The position numbers and the translations under genes were made by a program. The notes under the pieces were generated by a model. It ran no database searches and was not told where the DNA came from. It saw nothing but the letters and a program-made list of their open reading frames with translations. From sequence record MN013077.1: 64,000 bases of DNA. One strand, written 5' to 3'. The DNA is from Klebsiella phage vB_KaeM_KaOmega. Each line of letters opens with the position of its first letter. The first letter of the stretch is position 1. This document shows positions 31,001-38,460 of this stretch, one piece after another.

Positions 31001-31353
31001 CAAACGTCGAAGCAACTGGTAAAATGGTTGCAGGTAAGTATTCTACCACACCAAAGACTGCCAATGCAACAACGGCGACGTTTACTCCAGATGGAACTAC
31101 AAGCATCTACAACGTCAACGTGCAGGCAGACACAGAGGTTCAGGCCCCTGCTGGGTTGCTGTCTTCAGGTAAAGGAGAGTCAATCTTCATTTACTTCGAG
31201 CAAGATACGACTGGACATGCGGTAACGTTCAGCAGCGCGTTCGTTGTTCACAACGATGCGACTGTCAGCAATGCTGCAAACTCCATTACGATCGCCAACC
31301 TCGTGTATCGTGGAACTGGCCCGCTGATCGATGTGTTCTTGACCGGACGCTAA
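28093..31353 (+). CDS. long tail fibre or adhesin built from tandem ~38-aa repeats; GTG start
   Basis: 1086 aa. More than 20 tandem units of the type L.VTGT.TGV.ADV.G.DI.PRSV fill the middle. The C-terminal ~150 aa is distinct and is a likely receptor-binding tip. Confidence 0.75.
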   Translation: MSSNTDIIALLSSDADKAVDQIIEDSKRLHIVVNGTGTEQAVAEDGSLLPSVRKALIDNLYFKTPPLPWRNGGSVNEFNQLYSFTDVSGNTTWWYAPGATVSNPVVMRDSPINDGKFKVFLDKTNIADIYAPLNSPNFVGNPRVPTPAPGDNTNTIPTTGWVQSEMEDLEDLIISSMKGEFENITVRNDAVLQDTYINGEFIVTSPKLSAASTEATFHRIRVVGTDTATEIAFEQNSTPPAGASTKTNIKPYTMSTGILTLDQIKGKAAQIGDVAVATDSLNVDGYMRGDYLHLEGNNRNTADRPQLIVDGIAEIETLRVTGTIEGVKADVDGLDIHPRSAIIDEGLTVGKDTSLAGKLTVAGTTKVKDLEVTGTLTGVAISVDGKDIKPRSVNTGNLVATGDVQITGSTTATGKITTQDLEVLGTLTANLDLSGSDLAVDNMTVAQTATIKDLIVTGTTTGVKGDVNGTDIAPAKVDATGPVTAPSVTTTGNVTVGNDLTVNGTFRPASIDSPGEIEAGNLTSNGDITQTTGTTRLVNLVVTGTTTGVTADVNGDDITPRSVTTTAGVNVGTTLNVTGKTTLGDVDFTGIVTGLDLDLSQKNITVKSIAAVDPSAFGNVTTDNLTNSAKITTQDIQVLGDILDADGNPVNTFDVTGKDILPNSVQSATFIRGKTLDISEGSVLRGPVEFRNGLTVTLGDIMSPQGKATFNDVQVNGALTDANGNAIGSVESIKGKDIEPRSVVATVSVQAPRLQSTGDVLGLSATITENLAAGSLNVSGLSVLQETRVNGKLTGHETELDTLLLKRVAGQDTPRLVVQGDSDLQGDLNVSGTITGVVDLTAQDINMNSLGLAQGLTAGGSITSSSTVKGVNGVFGEGSTVPGAIGLQSMTNAKVATDLLVGEDLRVDGDTNLLGNLSVTGTITGSMDFAGKTIAPETVNATTVTATNLTVTGTIDLPDSPIVAQEITATNVEATGKMVAGKYSTTPKTANATTATFTPDGTTSIYNVNVQADTEVQAPAGLLSSGKGESIFIYFEQDTTGHAVTFSSAFVVHNDATVSNAANSITIANLVYRGTGPLIDVFLTGR

Positions 31354-31356
31354 CAC

Positions 31357-31386
31357 AAGGCCCTTCGGGGCCTTTTCTTTTTGGAG
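31357..31386 (+). terminator. rho-independent terminator
   Basis: aaggccc-ttcg-gggcctt followed by ttctttttgg. Confidence 0.8.
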
Positions 31387-31391
31387 GTTCA

Positions 31392-32633
31392 ATGATTCCT
31401 TTTGCGATTATCGGCTTTGGAGGGGGTGTTACCCCTGTACCGTATGCCATTAAAAAATTGACGAAGGCTGGTAATGACGAGGGCCAGTTGTGGGCACTTA
31501 TGACAAACGGGGATCTTTATGTTGCCGGATCTGCCGCTTGTACCGGACTTGGTAAAGACGGGTCTGGGAACAATATCCAACCCGATGGCTGGACCCTGAC
31601 AAACACAGGGGTTATCGACGTATACCCGGCCCAATCTCGTGGGGCAATGGTCAAAAAAGGCCCGGGCCAGTACGAGTTCTGCTATGCAGGTGCCGGGGGA
31701 CCTTGGCAGTGGCCTGTTGTAGATGCTTCTCTTCAAAATAGCTGGAACCCTATGCCCGCCTCGGCAATGACGGTGGATGGTAAGAACGTATACGACGAGG
31801 CTGTTAAGGTAGAGGGTATTTACCTGGTGCAGGCAGACGGCTCAGTTTACCAAATGCGGTCAGAGACACCTACCCTGGCTTTCCCTGAAAAAGTGAAAGA
31901 TATTTATGCCAGGGGGACCGGACCTTCTGTTAGAGTAGATCTCGACGGGACAATTAAATACACAGGTATTAATGGTAACGCTGCCGTTGTTTCCACGTCT
32001 GCTGCACAGAATACCAACTACACTTGGGCCACTGTAGGGACCCCGGGCGTTGTTTACGAGAGGGCCAAAGCCGTAAACGGTCAGATTCGAGATCCTAACA
32101 GCGCAGGTGCTCTCCAGGTTGCCGCCATTGTTGCACAAACTGCCGACGGCAAATGGTGGGGTAGTGGTTCTCTCTCTATGCTGGGGGCGAGTAGTTCTGA
32201 TTCTGCCGGACCTTCCCTGCAACCTTTGGATAGTATCCCGGTCGGTTGTGAATTGTACGTTTCTCAGATGGTCAGTCAGTACATCCCGGGAATTAACTGG
32301 CGTAGGGGTTTGCAGTCATTTATTGTAGACAAGCAGGCTGGAATTTACAAGTCGGCAGGTACTCAAGGAGGGGCGTACTCTCTGTTTAGGAATCTGGCGA
32401 CCTCTTCCAGTTCTACTGTTTATACCGATGTTGACCAAGCGATCCTTGATGACGGCGGTATTGATTACGTCGTGGAGGGGTTTGGTGACCAATTCACTGC
32501 CTTGGTTACAAACGGCGGTCACATCTTCTGGTGTGGTCGTGGGTACACAGGAACTCAGTGGCCTGTTCCATTCCGTGTTGCAAGTGCATACAATGGTCGT
32601 CTGGACGATGAAAAACTCCTTCCTCCAGAGTAA
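31392..32633 (+). CDS. RCC1-like beta-propeller repeat protein
   Basis: Recurrent G.LY..GS...G.LG-type blades (ALMTNGDLYVAGS, LVQADGSVYQM, TADGKWWGSGS, LVTNGGHIFWCGRGYTG). Confidence 0.5.
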   Translation: MIPFAIIGFGGGVTPVPYAIKKLTKAGNDEGQLWALMTNGDLYVAGSAACTGLGKDGSGNNIQPDGWTLTNTGVIDVYPAQSRGAMVKKGPGQYEFCYAGAGGPWQWPVVDASLQNSWNPMPASAMTVDGKNVYDEAVKVEGIYLVQADGSVYQMRSETPTLAFPEKVKDIYARGTGPSVRVDLDGTIKYTGINGNAAVVSTSAAQNTNYTWATVGTPGVVYERAKAVNGQIRDPNSAGALQVAAIVAQTADGKWWGSGSLSMLGASSSDSAGPSLQPLDSIPVGCELYVSQMVSQYIPGINWRRGLQSFIVDKQAGIYKSAGTQGGAYSLFRNLATSSSSTVYTDVDQAILDDGGIDYVVEGFGDQFTALVTNGGHIFWCGRGYTGTQWPVPFRVASAYNGRLDDEKLLPPE

Positions 32634-32672
32634 TAAAAAAGGCACCCAATCGGGTGCCTTTTCTTTTATCAC
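32634..32672. terminator. bidirectional terminator where the two arms converge
   Basis: aaaaaaggcaccc-aat-cgggtgcctttt, with an A-run on the 5' side and a T-run on the 3' side. Confidence 0.8.
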
Positions 32673-32675
32673 AAC

Positions 32676-33902
32676 TTAAAACGGAATATCGTCATCGAAA
32701 TCAACGTCCGGAGGAGTCATGTCAATGTGACCATTGTTGACCGCCGGAGCCTGCTGAGTTTCAACTTTAGGTTGCGGATCAGGTGCAGTCTGAGACTGAG
32801 CCGTCTGAACCGTGTTACCACCAGAAGGTTGTTCGCCCTTGACGTATGCGGATACGCCGGGAACAACTTCACTCATCAGCCCACGAGCATAAGCCAGCAG
32901 CTTACCAGTGATCTCTTCCGGATTGTCATTCTCGCCAACCTGAATATCACGAGTGGCGTTCAGAACCGCATGGCCTACCATCGCACCCAGATCGTAATCA
33001 GACATACCTTTGTTAGCCGGGTCATTCGCAGCATCCAGTTTCAGATGCTTGGTGACATCATGAACAACCTTGGCTACCTCCACAACCGGAGGGATAGTCA
33101 GACCGCTACGGCGCAGGTTCAGGGCACCGTTCAGTGCATGGCCCGTTTCCATACCGGAGTTGTCCTTCTTGAAACCACCTTTGGAACCGCCCGCCCCTGA
33201 ACCAGCAGAACCTTTTGGACCGTAGGCTTTGAAACCGGACAGCGTACCGTCTTCAGCACGTTGACCCGCCAGGCGACCGCCGATCTGAACCTGAGCAATC
33301 TGCTCTTTGTTCAGAGCAACAGAGACTTCATTACCGTTCTCATCCTTCACCACAGCGCCTGTATCGCTCAGAGAGAGGATTTCTCCGTAAACCTTAGTGG
33401 TTTTGCCACCTGAAGCGTTGGACGGCGCAGAGGACGTCTGAGAGCCACCTGCGTTGCCTGCCGGGGCAGCATCACGGGCACCGGATTTGTCGGTAATGAC
33501 GATCTTGGATTTCTTGCCTTCCGGTGCAGATCGTTCGTTTCCGTCAGCGTCGGTCCACTTGCGGATCTGAACAGGAACACGAATAGCCATACCCGGCTTC
33601 AGATCAATCCACACTTCGCCTTCTTTCACCTGATACTTGTTTTCGTACTTCGGATTCTTAACCTCGTGGGTGCCGAAGCTGATCCACACTTGGTCTTCCC
33701 CGTTCTTAACGAGCAGAGACGCCTTGTGTGTTGCCACGATAGTCTTACCCTTGTTAGGACCCTTGTTGATAGGGGTAATTTTCGGGCTACCGTCCTCGTT
33801 GATGCGCTTAATGTTGATACGCTCGATAGTACCAACCGCCAGGCTTACCGTAGAGTTGTCAATTGGGTTAACTACTTCGGTAATTACTTTAACATCAGAC
33901 AT
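32676..33902 (-). CDS. ssb: single-stranded DNA-binding protein, extended form with a DIPF tail
   Basis: 408 aa. It has an OB-like N-terminus, a long Gly/Ser/Ala-rich linker and the C-terminus DVDFDDDIPF, identical in type to the bacterial SSB acidic tip. Confidence 0.6.
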   Translation of the reverse strand: MSDVKVITEVVNPIDNSTVSLAVGTIERINIKRINEDGSPKITPINKGPNKGKTIVATHKASLLVKNGEDQVWISFGTHEVKNPKYENKYQVKEGEVWIDLKPGMAIRVPVQIRKWTDADGNERSAPEGKKSKIVITDKSGARDAAPAGNAGGSQTSSAPSNASGGKTTKVYGEILSLSDTGAVVKDENGNEVSVALNKEQIAQVQIGGRLAGQRAEDGTLSGFKAYGPKGSAGSGAGGSKGGFKKDNSGMETGHALNGALNLRRSGLTIPPVVEVAKVVHDVTKHLKLDAANDPANKGMSDYDLGAMVGHAVLNATRDIQVGENDNPEEITGKLLAYARGLMSEVVPGVSAYVKGEQPSGGNTVQTAQSQTAPDPQPKVETQQAPAVNNGHIDMTPPDVDFDDDIPF

Positions 33903-33987
33903 TCACTTCTCCTTCGAGGATAAACAAGGCCCCAGTATTGAGGCCAGAACAACAGGTTACCACATTTACTCAGAATTGCAAGGTGCC

Positions 33988-34173
33988 TTACCAGACACCG
34001 AACCAAACACCAACGCCGTGGACAACACCGACCGGGGCGAAGATAGCGCCAGCAATCAGGAACAGCCAAGATGCAGTTTTGATACACACCACAACGTGGG
34101 TGAACCATGCAACGATGGATGCGATTACCAGTGCCAGCCAACCCAGACCTAAACCTGCCAGTAACTTGTTCAT
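33988..34173 (-). CDS. small membrane protein with 2 TM segments
   Basis: 61 aa, almost entirely hydrophobic. Confidence 0.45.
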   Translation of the reverse strand: MNKLLAGLGLGWLALVIASIVAWFTHVVVCIKTASWLFLIAGAIFAPVGVVHGVGVWFGVW

Positions 34174-34185
34174 TTCCTCTCCTTT

Positions 34186-34563
34186 TTACAAATAAACGCG
34201 CTGCACCTCTTTGTCTGCTTGATCAAACATCAAGTTTGCAGCATTGACGTCCTTAATCATCTCCTCCGTCATCTGATCCGGGCGGAAGGCCCGCAGTGAA
34301 CGTTTGAAGAGGACCTTCGGATCTTCAGTTACATCTCCCGACACATCGAACATCTTGATGATCATCTTCACCGGAACCTCACGAGAAATCTGCCCGCCGA
34401 CGTTGATGGCGTATGTCGCCCCTACTTCAACTTGACGATGGTCCAGTTCGTACATCAGGTTCAGGTTAACGTATTTGTATTCGTCGCAGCGAGTAATGTT
34501 CTTCTGTGCCTGAACACAAACCCAACCCGGCTCAACAAAAGTGTTATCGAAAATGCTCATCAT
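34186..34563 (-). CDS. hypothetical protein
   Basis: 125 aa. Confidence 0.5.
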   Translation of the reverse strand: MMSIFDNTFVEPGWVCVQAQKNITRCDEYKYVNLNLMYELDHRQVEVGATYAINVGGQISREVPVKMIIKMFDVSGDVTEDPKVLFKRSLRAFRPDQMTEEMIKDVNAANLMFDQADKEVQRVYL

Positions 34564-34615
34564 GTCTTCCTCATCGTTTAATGTTGTGACCAGTATACCT
34601 CTGTTTTCTCAGAAG

Positions 34616-35269
34616 TCAACTCACTTTTGAAATAATCAGCTTTTGCACGTAGCCCTGCAACAGGGCGTAAGTTATACCGCCCACATAACTACCGCCAACA
34701 GAGAGTCTCTCCCCGGCACCGAACCAGTTCGGCACGGAAAAGGTCTGCACCTCTCCGCTCACTATATTCCTCACCTTGACCTGGCGAGAATCTGGGTAAG
34801 TTTCTATCCGCAGATTGAAAACCTGACCTTGGTTACCATTGATCGAGCAACGAACATAATTTCCGCTGTTGTCTGTTGGGAACAATTGGTGCCCTCCAAC
34901 CCCGACCATTCCGTAATGCGCCAGTCCGGCGACGATCCTTGTGACGTAATCGCCAGAACACCACACCATCTGGGTTGCAGAAGGACTAAGGCTTTGGAAA
35001 ACAACCTCAATCACCATAGGGTCTGTGGACAGATCCACTGGAGACTGAGTTTGGAAATATCCTTGGCCTTGGGCAGGTATGAACTGCATGACCCTTCCAA
35101 TCCCTGCAACATCGACTATCCTTGGGCCTGCGCCGACCAAAGAGAAGGTGTGGTTTTCAGACCAATCCTTCAAAGTGGTCTCCCCAAGAGCTTGCCGTGT
35201 GGCATCGACATAGAGAATGGCATCCTCTTTGCGGGAAGACCTCCCTATAATCATTATCTCGTTCATCAA
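34616..35269 (-). CDS. LamG/concanavalin-A-like domain protein (paralog of 49532-50179)
   Basis: Similar N-terminus (MMNEIMIIGR versus MQEILLAAG) and C-terminus (...KLIISKVS versus ...FRISKVARY) and a jelly-roll-type pattern. Confidence 0.45.
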   Translation of the reverse strand: MMNEIMIIGRSSRKEDAILYVDATRQALGETTLKDWSENHTFSLVGAGPRIVDVAGIGRVMQFIPAQGQGYFQTQSPVDLSTDPMVIEVVFQSLSPSATQMVWCSGDYVTRIVAGLAHYGMVGVGGHQLFPTDNSGNYVRCSINGNQGQVFNLRIETYPDSRQVKVRNIVSGEVQTFSVPNWFGAGERLSVGGSYVGGITYALLQGYVQKLIISKVS

Positions 35270-35628
35270 TTTCTCCGAGGTTTTAAAACGCCAGATTTTG
35301 AAAGAGGGATCTCATCGGCATCTTTGCCTTTCTCTCCATCTTTCCCGTCCTTTCCTGTCTTACCCTCTGGACCTGCGGGACCAGCCGGACCCGGCACGTA
35401 TACATACTGCGGTTCAGTCAATGCAGAGACAAACAGTAGTATTGCCCAGGCAACGCCATTGACCCACAATGCAGGCCACATCGAAAAGAATACTGATAGG
35501 GCCAAGATCAATACCGCATTGCGGTGATCTCTTCGTCGAGCGATCAAGTATGGTGTCATCCAGAACAACACGAACAGCCATGCAGAACCTGTGAACAAAG
35601 ACCACATCAGATCAACAAATCCTGTCAT
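35266..35628 (-). CDS. membrane protein with a C-terminal collagen-like tract
   Basis: Three hydrophobic segments followed by PGPAGPAGPEGKTGKDGKDGEKGKD. Confidence 0.5.
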   Translation of the reverse strand: MTGFVDLMWSLFTGSAWLFVLFWMTPYLIARRRDHRNAVLILALSVFFSMWPALWVNGVAWAILLFVSALTEPQYVYVPGPAGPAGPEGKTGKDGKDGEKGKDADEIPLSKSGVLKPRRN

Positions 35629-35921
35629 TTCAGGCCCTCCTGAATCTTAATGCGGAGTATCTCGGCGTCAACGGTGTATGTGTTCTTTACCACGGCGTCA
35701 GAATCCCGGTATCGACACATAACGCCCTTAGCCTCCCCGTTCCGAGGAATAACCCAACTCATGTCGTAATTAGGTTGGCTCCTGCATACCTTGTGCAACT
35801 CAACAACCTCTGTGGGAAAGAGGGACTTCTTCATGCTGTAATGGTCAGGCTTTCCGTCATCGAACAGGTCACAACCGCTAACCAAAAGCGCTACCAGTAG
35901 AATTAATTTCTTCACATCCAC
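35625..35921 (-). CDS. lipoprotein; GTG start
   Basis: A signal peptide with a lipobox (LLVSGC). Small; a candidate for an outer-membrane superinfection-exclusion lipoprotein. Confidence 0.5.
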   Translation of the reverse strand: MDVKKLILLVALLVSGCDLFDDGKPDHYSMKKSLFPTEVVELHKVCRSQPNYDMSWVIPRNGEAKGVMCRYRDSDAVVKNTYTVDAEILRIKIQEGLK

Positions 35922-36057
35922 CCCGCAAATTTAGAAATTTCTGTGGAGATCATGATCCCCAAGATATACGTCATAGAGAAGGCGACAGTCCAGTACATAA
36001 ATCGGGTTCCCGCCATCGCTACCATAATGAACAATATAACAAAAGTTTCAGGCGCTA

Positions 36058-36495
36058 TCAACATTTTGTTGCCCCCCTGCGGCGCTTGTCCTCTTCCTCA
36101 TCAACCTCATCCTCTGCCCGGGCCATGATTTGATAAATCGTCTCGGGATTGTCGAGGAACTCGGTATACTTCTTGATCCTGACTGCCAGCTTGCCGCGAA
36201 CCTTACGCTCATGCATCTGTTGATTCTGCATGAATCCCTTCTGGTACAGGAGGAAGTAGTAGACCTGTTTTGCCCTGTTACGATCACAACCGAGTGCGAT
36301 GGCGAAGTCATTGAAGCAGTCACTATCGTGTTTGACCATAAAAATGTCCCAGAACACCTCACGAGCCTTCGCAAGCTCTTCCGGGGTAACTCGGGGCCAC
36401 TCAGGACTACCGTACTTAACACCTTTTGACATCCCGGTGCGAGGCGGCGCTTTAGGGTAAACTTTTCTTGTATTGCTCATTTCATCACTCCTCAA
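36058..36495 (-). CDS. hypothetical protein
   Basis: 145 aa, basic N-terminus and acidic C-terminus. Confidence 0.5.
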   Translation of the reverse strand: MRSDEMSNTRKVYPKAPPRTGMSKGVKYGSPEWPRVTPEELAKAREVFWDIFMVKHDSDCFNDFAIALGCDRNRAKQVYYFLLYQKGFMQNQQMHERKVRGKLAVRIKKYTEFLDNPETIYQIMARAEDEVDEEEDKRRRGATKC

Positions 36496-36543
36496 GGTAA
36501 AACGTTATTCCACTGGATGGGGGCCGAAGCCCCCGGATATTAC

Positions 36544-37227
36544 TTAGTCGCAGGACGAGTAGCTTGACCCGCTGTCATATGAACTGGAGTCATATGAACT
36601 GCTGGAAGAACCATAACTCGAACTGCTGTAGCTGTCGTCAGAGGACGAATAGCTCGAACTGTACGTCGATGTCGCAGCAGAACTGCGGCACTCTTCAACC
36701 GGGGCAGTCTGCGCTGCCGGAGTGTCGTCGTTCAGGATCGTCGCGGCGGCATAGCCGTACAGTGCTGCGTTAACAGGATCGATACCGTGAGAAGTCACAT
36801 GACCACCAGTGCTGTGCGGAGTATCGTCCAAGCGACGGGCCGGGGTGCCGGACACTTTCGCCTGTTTGATGAACTGACGCTTCGCTTTCGGCGGCAGGGT
36901 CTTGCCCTTCGCATAAGCTGGCAGTTCCACACCTTTAAGCTGCTCGTTCAGAGGCTTAGGTGGGGTCTTCTCCACCGGGGTCTCACGAACGGTACTACGG
37001 GTTTCTACTGTCACCACACGTTTGGTTTGTTCTGCCAGATCCACAGCGACCACAACTTGATTATCATTCAGTTGCTCATCCACATGAACAGTTTCCGGTT
37101 TGGTGAAGCGGACTTGGTTAACGGTCTGAGTCTGTGACTGTTTGGCGATGTACTCGTCAACCTTCACATCATCGATCTTCGCCGGGGCGAACAGGGCTTT
37201 AACCCACGCTACAAACTTCTTGATCAT
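36544..37227 (-). CDS. hypothetical protein with a Ser/Tyr-rich low-complexity C-terminus
   Basis: 227 aa with the C-terminal 50 aa almost only S/Y/D/G. Confidence 0.5.
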   Translation of the reverse strand: MIKKFVAWVKALFAPAKIDDVKVDEYIAKQSQTQTVNQVRFTKPETVHVDEQLNDNQVVVAVDLAEQTKRVVTVETRSTVRETPVEKTPPKPLNEQLKGVELPAYAKGKTLPPKAKRQFIKQAKVSGTPARRLDDTPHSTGGHVTSHGIDPVNAALYGYAAATILNDDTPAAQTAPVEECRSSAATSTYSSSYSSSDDSYSSSSYGSSSSSYDSSSYDSGSSYSSCD

Positions 37228-37439
37228 ACTTTCTCTCCTTCTTCGTTGAGAACAGTCAGCAAATTGGTGCCCAGTAGGCCAGCGGAGATCAGGTCATCAA
37301 TACCCGCCTGCCCGGTAAGTCCGTCCTCAAAACAGTCCGCCAGATTCTCGTTCTCCAGCATCCAGTTGTTGGCGGCTTTTTCGGAGGTGAACAGCAAGCC
37401 TTCATGACCGATGTCCCACTCACAGAAAATCTCAAACAT
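37224..37439 (-). CDS. small acidic protein
   Basis: 71 aa; ATGA-type overlap. Confidence 0.45.
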   Translation of the reverse strand: MFEIFCEWDIGHEGLLFTSEKAANNWMLENENLADCFEDGLTGQAGIDDLISAGLLGTNLLTVLNEEGEKV

Positions 37440-37768
37440 TATCCTCTCCTCTTATCGTAAACTTCCCTCGCCCATTTCACAGCCGCTTCGATAACGTCTC
37501 CGTGACATGGTTGGGGATGACAAAAGCATACCAGATCTCTACCTTCTAAAGCAAGAAGATCTTCAATGGTAATTTTCCCGGACCTGATCTGTCCCCACAA
37601 CCAAACGCGGTAGCGTTCAATTGTGGCCCCTCTCGGCTCTTCTTTCGACAGCTTAAAGGGGTTGGCGAACTTAGACTGCTTTAGCCCGAAGTGGGGCATG
37701 GCGCGACCTATGTACACAGCATTATCCGGGATTACTTTACTCAGGTGGTAAAAGTTAAGTACCGCCAT
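37439..37768 (-). CDS. DUF4326-family protein
   Basis: VYIGR...SKFANPF...IERYRVWL...GK...LLALEGRDLVCFCHPQPCHGDV matches my recollection of the DUF4326 signature. Confidence 0.5.
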   Translation of the reverse strand: MAVLNFYHLSKVIPDNAVYIGRAMPHFGLKQSKFANPFKLSKEEPRGATIERYRVWLWGQIRSGKITIEDLLALEGRDLVCFCHPQPCHGDVIEAAVKWAREVYDKRRG

Positions 37769-38058
37769 TATCGGTCGGCCTTTAACTTCTTGTCAACCTC
37801 CGCCACCATACGGTTCAGTTCAGCCATTTCTTCGTCCAGCCTCTTGTTGATAGGTTTCCCAAACAACCAGAATTTATCCTTCGCAAAGTCCACCTTGTCG
37901 GCTGTCCACTGACACAGGTCTTCCAGCTTCCCCGCCAAGAAACTGCCAAAGGCAGCAAGCAGGCTGAACGGAATCAGTACCGCACGATGTGGGTTTAGTA
38001 CGATCAGTACGGTGAGAAGAACAATTACTTTACCAAACTTGGTCAGTACCTTCAACAT
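37768..38058 (-). CDS. small membrane protein
   Basis: 96 aa; N-terminal TM segments followed by a coiled-coil. Confidence 0.45.
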   Translation of the reverse strand: MLKVLTKFGKVIVLLTVLIVLNPHRAVLIPFSLLAAFGSFLAGKLEDLCQWTADKVDFAKDKFWLFGKPINKRLDEEMAELNRMVAEVDKKLKADR

Positions 38059-38460
38059 TTAATTCCCCTCCAAACGAACATGTGGGTCAGCAAGATCATC
38101 CGACCCGTAATCCCAGAGGTCCATCCCAAAGTGACGGACACCATCCTCTGGCTCGTAGCCCGGTCGGGTGCATGGAGACACCCAAATACCTTCGACATTT
38201 GCTTCGATAAGCCCCTCGACACCAATACGGCTGTATGTCAGGTAAGGGACCAACACCGGGTCTTTTTCGCCGCAACCGCAGTCACAGACCCATACTTTTC
38301 CTTCACCAACATAGGGTAATTTCTCTGCCGGGATGAAGTTTAGCTGCGCCAGAGGGAATCTTTGGATCATCGCCGCCTGGTAGTCCGGGCCTACCAGCCC
38401 GGATACGAAAGCATTGACTTCTTCAGATTGCTTCTCAACGAGTTCGCTGTTATTTAGCAT
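38059..38460 (-). CDS. hypothetical protein with a CDCGCG motif
   Basis: 133 aa. Confidence 0.45.
   Translation of the reverse strand: MLNNSELVEKQSEEVNAFVSGLVGPDYQAAMIQRFPLAQLNFIPAEKLPYVGEGKVWVCDCGCGEKDPVLVPYLTYSRIGVEGLIEANVEGIWVSPCTRPGYEPEDGVRHFGMDLWDYGSDDLADPHVRLEGN

Noticed and set aside
36497-36540. GGGGGC-CGAA-GCCCCC hairpin as a leftward terminator
   Set aside because: A strong stem with no adjacent U-tract on either strand. It is kept only as a possible processing or attenuation site, as is 53905-53935.
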